From Myxococcota bacterium (GTDB lineage Bacteria > Myxococcota_A > SURF-8): 64,000 bases of DNA. Location of the stretch: assembly GCA_963674735.2 (NCBI GenBank), contig CAXXQS010000001.1, forward strand, positions 608,001 to 672,000. The letters are read 5' to 3'. Position 1 is the stretch's first letter. Every line of letters starts with the position of its first letter. The notes under the pieces are model-generated. The model made no database searches. It worked only from the letters and a program-made list of their open reading frames with translations, and was not told the origin of the DNA. The position numbers and the translations under genes are program-made. Below are positions 9,355 through 17,839 of this stretch, in pieces.

Positions 9355-10194
9355 CTATTCTATGTCTCGAGCACAGCGGAAACCAACCTGAATCTCATCG
9401 GTATTGCGGGAAGTATAATCTCTATTTGGTATCGCAATATCCCAATATGTGCTGGCCGCCTTCCCGCCTCGAAGAATCGCGGCTATGTGATTATCAAAAT
9501 AGGGAAAATTTGAACAACTTTCCGTCCAGGCGCTGCCATCTACCGGAGCATCGTCATTCGAATAATGCCCGCAGTCCTCTACCCATTCAGCCACATTACC
9601 TAAAACATCGTAAAGACCAAAATCGTTCGGCTGCTTCTGACTCACAAGCTGTACAGAGCCTCCGCCGCTTTCCGCAAACCAAGCGATGTCGAACAAACAG
9701 CAGTCCTCAATCTCCACATCTTTTCCGCAAATCTCATCGCCGCAATAATAGATGCCTTCCGTTCCGGCATGGGCGGCGTATTCCCACTCGGCGTCGCTGG
9801 GCAATCGGCCACCGACGGCTTCACAGAAGGCGCGGGCCTCATGCCAGGATACCGGATGAACCGGGCAATCGCGACAATCTCGGCTTGTTCCCGCCAAAGG
9901 ATTTGTACCGATAACGGCTTTGTACTGTGCTTGCGTAACCTCAGTTGCCATCATCTCGAAAAGCGGGATGGAGACCGTCCGTTGCGGGTATTCATATGTT
10001 CCACATGTCCAGAATGAGCAAAAGGAATCAAAACAAGATTCTAAGGATTCACATCCCATAGTAAAAAAACCCGCCGGAATGGATACCCAACCCAAATCCG
10101 GATCGGATTCCGAATCGCAGGCGATGAGAGCCGGCAGCAGCAAGAGCAACAGCCCACAAGCGCGCAACAGACGCATTCGGCGACTAAGGTGCAT
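9355..10194 (-). CDS. FGE-sulfatase (SUMF1/EgtB/PvdO-fold) domain lipoprotein
   Basis: Lipobox LIAC; IPAGFFTMG, TEVTQAQY, RLPSDAEWEYAA, PNDFGLYDVLGNVAEW, RGG, GFRCAR. Confidence 0.88.
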   Translation of the reverse strand: MHLSRRMRLLRACGLLLLLLPALIACDSESDPDLGWVSIPAGFFTMGCESLESCFDSFCSFWTCGTYEYPQRTVSIPLFEMMATEVTQAQYKAVIGTNPLAGTSRDCRDCPVHPVSWHEARAFCEAVGGRLPSDAEWEYAAHAGTEGIYYCGDEICGKDVEIEDCCLFDIAWFAESGGGSVQLVSQKQPNDFGLYDVLGNVAEWVEDCGHYSNDDAPVDGSAWTESCSNFPYFDNHIAAILRGGKAASTYWDIAIPNRDYTSRNTDEIQVGFRCARDIE

Positions 10195-10589
10195 AAAAAT
10201 CCCTTCCCAAGCTGAGAGATGATCGATTCGGTGGCGAGTGAAATGACTCTAGCATGCAGGCTTGAACGAATCAAGCTCTATGTGGCTCAGGTGTGTGGCA
10301 AGGGTGCATCACAGGAGGTTGCCATTTCCGAGCCCCTCCAGGTCCGCTTATCCCGAGTGATGCCCGTGGGGCATTGGATCGAGGGATCGGGTTTCAAAAC
10401 CGCGTGGTTCGATACCATTTGTTCCGCCAATCACTCATCATGAGCGGTTTTCACGGTCAATCGCCATATTTTGAGATGCACCCGTGTGACATGCCGGGGC
10501 CGAAACGGGATTTGAGAGGGAAATGGTGTGGCGCTCCCAAAATGCACGAGCCGTTTGCGCCTGCAGGCGCTTTCGGCTAAGATCGCCGC

Positions 10590-12455
10590 ATGAAACGCTT
10601 ACGTCACCTACCTGCGACTCCTGAAGACCTGCGCCAGCGGGGCTGGACGCGCGTCGATATTCTGCTGATTTCCGGCGATGCCTACGTCGATCATCCGTCG
10701 TTTCCGGCGGCGCTGCTGGGCCGTTGGCTGGAATCCGCCGGGTTTCGGGTGGGAATTCTGGCGCGGCCGGATTTGTCCGACCCGCAGGCCTTGACGCAAC
10801 TGGGGCGCCCGCGTCTGTTCGCCGGGGTGACGGCCGGGGCGCTCGATTCCATGGTGGCCAACTATACCGCCGCCAAAAAACGGCGACGCGACGATCCGTA
10901 TGCGCCGGGCGGCATGGCCGGGGGACGTCCCGATCGGGCGGTCACGGCCTATGGAAATGCGTTGCGGCGTGCTTTCGGCAAGCGCGTGTTGGTGGTGGCC
11001 GGAGGCATCGAAGCGAGTCTACGGCGTTTTGCGCACTACGATTACTGGGCCGACGCGGTCCGGCGGCCGCTTCTGATGGACTGCGGCGCGGATCTCATCG
11101 TGCACGGCATGGGCGAGGGACCGGCGTTGGAATTGGCGCGTACACTCGCGGCCTGGCTCGCCGATCATCCCGAAGTCGATGCCGCCGCCGAGGCGGGACG
11201 CGCGTTGCCGTTGGCGGAAATGGTGGAAACCTGCCGCGCGATCGACGGCCTGGTCTGGCGCACGGCGGCCAGAAATCCTGTCCCGGAAGACGCGATCGAG
11301 CTGCCCTCCGCGGAAGAGGTCGCCGCCGATGCGAAGGCACATATAACCGCCTATATGCTACAGGAACAAAACAGAACGAAAACCCTGACGCAGCGGGCCG
11401 GGGGCATGCGCGTGGTGGCCAATCCGCCCTGGAAAACCTTGGATGGCCCCGCGCTCGACCGCGTGTACGACCTCGCCTTCACGCGTCGTCCCCATCCGAT
11501 GTACGGTGCCAAAATCATTCCGGCGCTGGCCACGGTGGAGCACGCCGTCACCGCGCATCGCGGGTGTTTCGGCGGCTGTGCGTTTTGCGCAATCGGGGTG
11601 CATCAAGGCAAAACCATCGGAAGCCGCGGCGAGGCCTCGATCCTGCGCGAAATCAACGCCATCGCGAAATCGCCCGGATTTCACGGGACGATCAGCGACA
11701 TCGGCGGACCGACCGCGAACATGTACGGGCTGTCGTGCGGCAGGAAAGAGCCATGCGAGCGCCCCTCTTGTTTATGGCCGAAACGCTGTCCACATCTGCA
11801 AACCGACCAGAGCCGCTATCGCAAGCTTTTAGCGCGGGCCTCGAAAATCGAGGGTGTGAAACACGTGTTCGTTCAATCCGGGATTCGCATGGATCTGGCG
11901 CTTTTGGATGACGGCCTGATTGCGGATCTGGCTTTTCGTCACACCAGCGGGCACCTGAAAGTCGCGCCTGAGCATGTCGTGCCGCATGTGTTGAAAACAA
12001 TGCGTAAGCCGCCCGCCGACGATTTCGACGGATTCCTGGCGCGCCATCGGCATTTATCCAAAGCGGCGCAACGGCGCCAGAACATCGTCCCCTATCTCAT
12101 CGCCGCGCATCCCGGTTGCCGCATGGAAGACATGGCCGAACTGGCGGTATACCTCAAGCGACGAAACGTAAAAGTCGAGCAATGTCAGGTCTTTACGCCG
12201 ACTCCCGGCACGGCGGCCACCGTCATGTACGCCACCGGGCTCGATCCGGCAAGCGGCAAGCCGGTGTACGTGGAACGCGATGCGGTGAAAAAACGCCTGC
12301 AAAAATCCCTGATTCTTTATCATTTGCCGGAAAACGATGCCGACCTGCGGCGGGCGTTGAAAGTGGCGCGGCGTCCCGATCTGGCCGACGAATTGCTCGC
12401 CCGACAGGTGTCTCCCTCCTCCCGGCCGCCTGTGCCGAGACGGCGACGAAAGTAG
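10590..12455 (+). CDS. YgiQ/UPF0313 family radical SAM protein
   Basis: GDAYVDHPSF, GGIEASLRR.AHYDYW, HRGCFGGCAFC, DIGGPTANMY, LKVAPEH, FTPTP. Confidence 0.92.
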   Translation: MKRLRHLPATPEDLRQRGWTRVDILLISGDAYVDHPSFPAALLGRWLESAGFRVGILARPDLSDPQALTQLGRPRLFAGVTAGALDSMVANYTAAKKRRRDDPYAPGGMAGGRPDRAVTAYGNALRRAFGKRVLVVAGGIEASLRRFAHYDYWADAVRRPLLMDCGADLIVHGMGEGPALELARTLAAWLADHPEVDAAAEAGRALPLAEMVETCRAIDGLVWRTAARNPVPEDAIELPSAEEVAADAKAHITAYMLQEQNRTKTLTQRAGGMRVVANPPWKTLDGPALDRVYDLAFTRRPHPMYGAKIIPALATVEHAVTAHRGCFGGCAFCAIGVHQGKTIGSRGEASILREINAIAKSPGFHGTISDIGGPTANMYGLSCGRKEPCERPSCLWPKRCPHLQTDQSRYRKLLARASKIEGVKHVFVQSGIRMDLALLDDGLIADLAFRHTSGHLKVAPEHVVPHVLKTMRKPPADDFDGFLARHRHLSKAAQRRQNIVPYLIAAHPGCRMEDMAELAVYLKRRNVKVEQCQVFTPTPGTAATVMYATGLDPASGKPVYVERDAVKKRLQKSLILYHLPENDADLRRALKVARRPDLADELLARQVSPSSRPPVPRRRRK

Positions 12456-13266
12456 CTTCCAGCCGCTTCCGGACACGGAGTGGTTTTTCGCTCGCTGTGC
12501 GGTTTATTGGGCGCGAAACCGGTCGATAAAGTTCCGGCAGGAAGGAATCCCACGGAAAAACTATACTTGCCGTAATATGTCACACCTTTTGGCGTGGTTT
12601 TGCGGCTGGACGAAAACGGATGCGCTGGCACGCCGCCATGGGACCGAGACGAGAGCGCGTTAGGGCCCGCCAATTAAACCAAAAATCATTTGGAACGAAA
12701 GTGGGACGGCATTCGGAAATGACTAGAAAGCATACAAGCGAATGGGAAAAAAAGCAAAAAAGGATATAGACAATAGAATATAATAAGTAGATAAGTTAGT
12801 CCATCCAAAGTGCATGGTGTAGGTGTTTGAAAAGACACGTGAATTCGGGATATGCGCGAAAGTCCGGCGAGACGGGCTGAACGGGGGGCGGCAAAGAAAC
12901 GAAAAGACTTGCGATATCAACAGGATAACGTGTCGATACGCAAACCCGTGTGCGTGGACGTCTGGGATGGCGGCAGGTTGAATACGCTCGTGATATCAAG
13001 GCGATAGCCTCTGGCTTCTGCCGCAGAAGATCCGGTTTCGCTTTCGATCCGACTCACGCCGGACCGCGAGTCAAAATCGTATCCATAATCATTCACGCCG
13101 CGACTGTGCCAACCGGTTATGAGGGCCGCTATCGAGCGGTTTCCGAGAACCCGAGCGCGGCGGTGATGAAATACGGGTCGGACTTGCGCCGAAACGCAAA
13201 ATCGGCTATAAGGCGGCAACGATCGATGACATGAACCGATTACGATGACTAACATAGGAGACACAC

Positions 13267-13695
13267 ATGGAACGCACATTCGGGATCGTCAAACCGGACG
13301 CGGTGGCGGCGGGCAACACCGGAGCCATCTTGAGCATGATCGAGAAAAAGGGCCTCAAAGTCGTGGCGATGAAACTGATTCATCTCACCAAAGATCAGGC
13401 CGCCGGTTTTTACGCCGTCCACAAGAAACGACCTTTTTTCAAAAGCCTGCTCAAATACATGACCTCCGGCCCGGTGGTGGTGATGTGCATGGAAGGCGAC
13501 AATGCCGTTGAAACCTGGCGCAAATTGATGGGCCCCACCGATTCGAAAAAAGCCGGACCCCGCACCATTCGCGGCAAATTCGGAACCGACATCGAAGCCA
13601 ACGCCTGTCACGGTTCCGACGCGACCGAGACGGCCGCCTTCGAATTGGGCTACTTCTTCAACGCCTTCGAATACGTCGTACCCGGCCGCAAATAA
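13267..13695 (+). CDS. ndk: Nucleoside-diphosphate kinase (canonical short type)
   Basis: ERTF.IVKPD, YMTSGP, TIRGKFG, NACHGSD catalytic His; AGGAG RBS. Confidence 0.95.
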   Translation: MERTFGIVKPDAVAAGNTGAILSMIEKKGLKVVAMKLIHLTKDQAAGFYAVHKKRPFFKSLLKYMTSGPVVVMCMEGDNAVETWRKLMGPTDSKKAGPRTIRGKFGTDIEANACHGSDATETAAFELGYFFNAFEYVVPGRK

Positions 13696-13716
13696 GGGTA
13701 TAAAAAAGGAGTCAAC

Positions 13717-14259
13717 ATGGCCGCCGAACGCACCTTTGCCATGGTCAAGCCCGACGGCGTCGCGCGCGGGCTCGTGGGCGAAATCGTCCAGCGCTTCGAA
13801 CGCGCGGGGCTCGTCATCGAGAACATGCGCCTGTTTCACGCCACCGTCGACCTCATCGACCGCCATTATCCAAGCGACGAAGGCTGGCTGAGCAGCGTGG
13901 GCGAAAAGACGCGCGAAGCCTACCAGCGCGACGGGCTCGACATCGTCGCCACCTTCGGCACCGACGATCCGGTGGGTATCGGGCGCGTGGTGAAAAGCTG
14001 GCTCGGCGCGTATATGACTTCCGGTCCGGTGATCGGCTTCGTGCTTTCGGGCAATCGCGCCGTCGAACAGGTGCGCAAAATCGTGGGGCACACGTTTCCC
14101 AGCGCCGCCGCGCCCGGCACGATTCGCGGGGATTATTCCACCGACTCGCCCGAGGAAGCCAACGCCGAGGCGCGCTCGATCCAAAACCTGATTCACGCAT
14201 CGGGCAGCGTCGACGAAGCCGAGACCGAGATCGCGTTGTGGTTCGGAGCGGATCAATAA
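13717..14259 (+). CDS. ndk: Nucleoside-diphosphate kinase, long (insertion-bearing) type
   Basis: ERTFAMVKPDGV, YMTSGPV, PGTIRGDY, NLIHAS; extra residues in the head domain relative to the first copy; AAGGAG RBS. Confidence 0.9.
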   Translation: MAAERTFAMVKPDGVARGLVGEIVQRFERAGLVIENMRLFHATVDLIDRHYPSDEGWLSSVGEKTREAYQRDGLDIVATFGTDDPVGIGRVVKSWLGAYMTSGPVIGFVLSGNRAVEQVRKIVGHTFPSAAAPGTIRGDYSTDSPEEANAEARSIQNLIHASGSVDEAETEIALWFGADQ

Positions 14260-14284
14260 GCGGATATATAACCAGTGCAGCATG

Positions 14285-14313
14285 AAGGGCGGGTTTGCGG
14301 GCTCGCCTTTTTT
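14285..14313 (+). terminator. Intrinsic terminator after the ndk pair
   Basis: GGCGGGTTT/GGGCTCGCC stem with G-U pairs, followed by TTTTTT. Confidence 0.6.
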
Positions 14314-14325
14314 ATTGGTGTGACG

Positions 14326-15687
14326 CTACGGCCCCGGCACGTAGGCGCCCAGCGTGAACAGCCGCAGCAAAAGCAGGTTGGCCTGATCGGTTTCGAGGAA
14401 GAAATACGCGCCGCTCATGCAGAAATAATGCAGCGTGAAAACGACGCCCACCGTGTAGGAAAAGCGCGGATGCAGGCGCATCCAGGACGCGATGGGCTTG
14501 AGCGCGTCCATAAAACCGGCCTTTTTGTCCACTCGCGCCCAGAACATCGCCCAGGCACGCCAGACGCCCAGCCCGAAGCCCTGTAAAAAGCCCCAGATGA
14601 TGTAGTGCCAGCTCACGTAATGCCAGGCTCCGCAGATCACAAAGGTAATCAGGCCGTTGACCAGCGCGTGCCGCCGACCCCCGCCGAGCGGGCGATAAAC
14701 GTAATCGCGCAGCCAGAAACTAAGCGAGATATGCCAGCGCCGCCAGTATTCGCCGATGTTTTCCGACAGGAACGGCAGGTAGAAATTTTCCATAAGCTTG
14801 AAGCCGAAAAGCCGCCCCAATCCGACCGCGATATCGGTGTAACCGCCGAAATGGCAATACACCTCCATGATGCCCGAGAGCAGAATCCAGTAGGTCCAGG
14901 GGATGCTCATCACCGCCAGGTTGTCGATGTAGTGCATGCGCCAGGGGTAGAAAAACGCCGCGTACAGGAAGGTTTTGAAGAGGCCCAACGCGATGCGATA
15001 AAGGCCGAAACCGATATCGAAAGCCTGCACGCGTTCGCGGCGGATATGCCGGAGGTCGCGATCGAAATTCTGAAAACGCTCGATGGGACCGAGGCGCAGA
15101 GTGGGGAAAAACAGCATGAACAGCGCCACATGGGAGGTGCGCGCATTCCGGATTTTCCCCTGCAGGCTGTCGGCCACGTAGTGAATCAGCTTGGGTAACA
15201 TGAACGCGATGCCGCAGACATGCAGCATGGGCAGTTCCAGTTTCACGGGCAGAAACGGCAGGTCGGGCGTCCAGGCGAAACTTTCACGCGCGAGCAGGAA
15301 TGCGTAAAAGGTTAGAATCACCGAAATCAAGCCCGCGATGGCGCGTCGGCGAAACAGGGCGTCCGTCATGGCGCGCGGCTGCCAGCGGCGCACCAGAACA
15401 TGCACGCCGATCGGGAACAACGCCAAGCCGATAACGAAAGTCAGGCTGTAGATGTACGCGATCATGGCCATGCTGCTGACGAGCAAATAACCCACCCGCC
15501 AGCGACGCGGCATCAAATAGAAAGGCAGAACGAGCGTGAGCGCGTAGACCAGGTAATCGGTGTATTCGCTGAAAAACAGGTGCGTGTATTTGAACAGGAC
15601 GAAAAAGAAATCGCGCAAAAAGCCCGGTCCCAGCGTGGCATGCAGAAAATCTTCCAGCGGCCTGAGAATGGCCAACATCCGTTCCAC
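14326..15687 (-). CDS. MBOAT family O-acyltransferase (AlgI/DltB-like)
   Basis: FFPTLRLGPIER, FGGYTDIAVG, ENF..PFLS.NI.EYWRRWHISLSFWLRDYVYRPLGG, CGAWH catalytic His. Confidence 0.92.
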   Translation of the reverse strand: MERMLAILRPLEDFLHATLGPGFLRDFFFVLFKYTHLFFSEYTDYLVYALTLVLPFYLMPRRWRVGYLLVSSMAMIAYIYSLTFVIGLALFPIGVHVLVRRWQPRAMTDALFRRRAIAGLISVILTFYAFLLARESFAWTPDLPFLPVKLELPMLHVCGIAFMLPKLIHYVADSLQGKIRNARTSHVALFMLFFPTLRLGPIERFQNFDRDLRHIRRERVQAFDIGFGLYRIALGLFKTFLYAAFFYPWRMHYIDNLAVMSIPWTYWILLSGIMEVYCHFGGYTDIAVGLGRLFGFKLMENFYLPFLSENIGEYWRRWHISLSFWLRDYVYRPLGGGRRHALVNGLITFVICGAWHYVSWHYIIWGFLQGFGLGVWRAWAMFWARVDKKAGFMDALKPIASWMRLHPRFSYTVGVVFTLHYFCMSGAYFFLETDQANLLLLRLFTLGAYVPGP

Positions 15688-15690
15688 GAC

Positions 15691-17826
15691 TTACTCCTCC
15701 ACCCGCTCCAGCGTCATCCAGTCGAGCCCCATGTGATAGTTCTGCGATTCCGTGTTTTTCCCGACCAGTTCGATGCGGAAGACCTGTAGCCCGCGCGAAA
15801 ATGAAATCGGCGCATCCGCCTCGAACAGGAAGAAACGCGGTGCGGCGGCATAGGTGTCGAGCGCTTGCCCGACCGATTCGCCGTTGACGCGTACCGACAC
15901 GATACCGTGTGTGGGACCGCCCTTGAAGCGCAGACGCAGCCGATAACGGCCGTCGGCGAAGACGAACTGGTGGTATTCCATAAACGAGCCTTCGCCGGTG
16001 GATAAGAAGGCCAGGGCGTGATCGCCCGAACAGGAGGCGTCCGGCGGCAGGTCGTCGCAATTTTCGATAAAGCAGTATTCGCCCGAACTGATTCCGGGAG
16101 AGGTTTTGTATTCCGCCTCCATGAAAATCGGCGAGGGGGCGCTGTCGACCGGCAGGGGTGTGAGGCGATTGGAACCGGGGCTGAAGTGGTAGAAGGAACG
16201 ATCGGGGTAGTATTGCATCATCAGCCGATTGTGGGCGTCGGCGTCGTGGACGAAAATCCGCCCCTCGGCCAGCCCGGGCCGCATGTAGATGAAGCCTGCC
16301 GGATACCACTTTTCAAGGTAGATCACGCTGTTTTCTTCGGTTTCGTTGAAAAGCCGTTCCAGGCGGCGATCCACGCTGAAAAAGAAATCGTTGAGAATCC
16401 CGATGGTGGAGGGGTAAAAAATCACCACATTGAACAGCATGTAGGAAAGCGCCACCGCCGGGACCACGGCCAGCAGCAGCCGTGCATAAAACCCGCGGGT
16501 GCGCAGCGCCCGGCCGTCCAGCCAGTGGTGCGTCTGCACGAGTCCGGCCGCCACCAGAATGAAAAGCGCGAAGGCCGATTCGTAGTAGTAGCGGCCCCAG
16601 AGCCCGTGAAAGTACCAGAAGAAATAGGCCACCAGCAGCGCGAGAAACATGGCCAGCATCAGGTATTTGCGCGGTCCGTAACGGCGCGTCAGAAAGGGCG
16701 GGATGATGAAGAAGAGCAGGGCGTTGATTCCGAATAGCGTAAGCAGGAATGTTCCCAGACGTCGATGAGTGACGCCTACCGCATCCGAGGGTGTAAAGCC
16801 ATCCGGGAAACAGTTGTCGACGTGGACTTTCGGGCAGCCCACTTTTTTTCCGAAACCCAGGCTGTGGCAATTCTTCTTCGGTTCGGTGGTGTCGAAATAG
16901 TGATCCTGCGGCCAGTAGAGCGCATCGCCGGTAATGGCGTGGTTGTAGCCGAGCTGCAGGCCGACGAAAACAAGCATGACCGGCAGCGATGCCGCGATCA
17001 GCGGCAGCAGGCGGATGCGTCGCTGAACGAGGTAAATCACCAGCAGCGTGGCCAGCACGAGACCGAAGGCCAGCGCGTTGAGCGCCCGTGCGGTGAACAT
17101 CCAGCCGAGCGCGATTCCCAAGCCCACGGCGTCGCGCCAACGCGACTGTTCGCCGAAACGCAGCGCGCATAAAAGGGCGACTTCACCGAGCACCAGCGAC
17201 AGGCTATGGGCCAGCAGCGTCGCGCCGATCGCGGCGTGTAAGGGCGACAGCGCCATCAACAGCATCGCCAGCTTGGCCGTGCGGTCGTCGAAAACCCGCC
17301 GTCCGATGGGGTAAACCAGCATCACCGCCAAACCCGCCAGAAGCGGGTTGACCAGAAATTCCAGCCCCGGCCACACCGCCAGGCTCATCAGCGCAGGCCA
17401 GCCGGGTTGAAACAGGCTGTACCACTTGCCGTCGTTCACCATAAACAGCATGTTGAAGAATTCGGGCAGGTCGTGGCTGGGCACCGTCAAATGCCCCTGG
17501 GCGAAGGTGCGCGCCTGCCACAGGTAGCAGATATCGTCGGGGACGTGCGGAACGCCGTCGAGCGGGCCGAAGGCCAGGTAGGTGGCGGCCCCGCAGGAAA
17601 GGCCTCCGCAGATCAAAATCCAGCTACGCGCCGACAAACCCCAGAGACGCGACGCCAGTGGAGCCAGGCGCGGGCCGAACGCCGTCAGGACGGCCAGCAG
17701 GCCCAGGAAAACGAGCTGCGGACGCGGAAAGAACACCAGCAGGGCGTCTTGAGGACGCCACGCAAAGCAGAACGCGATGCCGACGAACGAGAGAATGAGC
17801 GCGGTGGCGAATCTCCAGTTGCGCAC
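15691..17826 (-). CDS. GT-C fold glycosyltransferase (ArnT/PMT-like) with C-terminal CBM-like beta-sandwich, paralog 1
   Basis: Multiple TM segments; first external loop PHVPDD..YLWQA; S.FQPGWPA; GRYYYE; C-terminal MEAE...GRYRL...GLDWMTL domain. Confidence 0.75.
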   Translation of the reverse strand: MRNWRFATALILSFVGIAFCFAWRPQDALLVFFPRPQLVFLGLLAVLTAFGPRLAPLASRLWGLSARSWILICGGLSCGAATYLAFGPLDGVPHVPDDICYLWQARTFAQGHLTVPSHDLPEFFNMLFMVNDGKWYSLFQPGWPALMSLAVWPGLEFLVNPLLAGLAVMLVYPIGRRVFDDRTAKLAMLLMALSPLHAAIGATLLAHSLSLVLGEVALLCALRFGEQSRWRDAVGLGIALGWMFTARALNALAFGLVLATLLVIYLVQRRIRLLPLIAASLPVMLVFVGLQLGYNHAITGDALYWPQDHYFDTTEPKKNCHSLGFGKKVGCPKVHVDNCFPDGFTPSDAVGVTHRRLGTFLLTLFGINALLFFIIPPFLTRRYGPRKYLMLAMFLALLVAYFFWYFHGLWGRYYYESAFALFILVAAGLVQTHHWLDGRALRTRGFYARLLLAVVPAVALSYMLFNVVIFYPSTIGILNDFFFSVDRRLERLFNETEENSVIYLEKWYPAGFIYMRPGLAEGRIFVHDADAHNRLMMQYYPDRSFYHFSPGSNRLTPLPVDSAPSPIFMEAEYKTSPGISSGEYCFIENCDDLPPDASCSGDHALAFLSTGEGSFMEYHQFVFADGRYRLRLRFKGGPTHGIVSVRVNGESVGQALDTYAAAPRFFLFEADAPISFSRGLQVFRIELVGKNTESQNYHMGLDWMTLERVEE

Positions 17827-17839
17827 GCGGCGGCCTCCG

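Noticed and set aside
12530-12560. SRP RNA (CCGGCAGGAAGGAA)
   Set aside because: Lacks the paired GNRA-loop helix and the AGCAG motif of SRP domain IV.
12950-13234. 94-aa ORF upstream of ndk
   Set aside because: No RBS or recognisable motif; better explained as non-coding structured sequence.
13249-14283. 344-aa antisense ORF spanning both ndk genes
   Set aside because: Shadow frame of GC-rich coding sequence.
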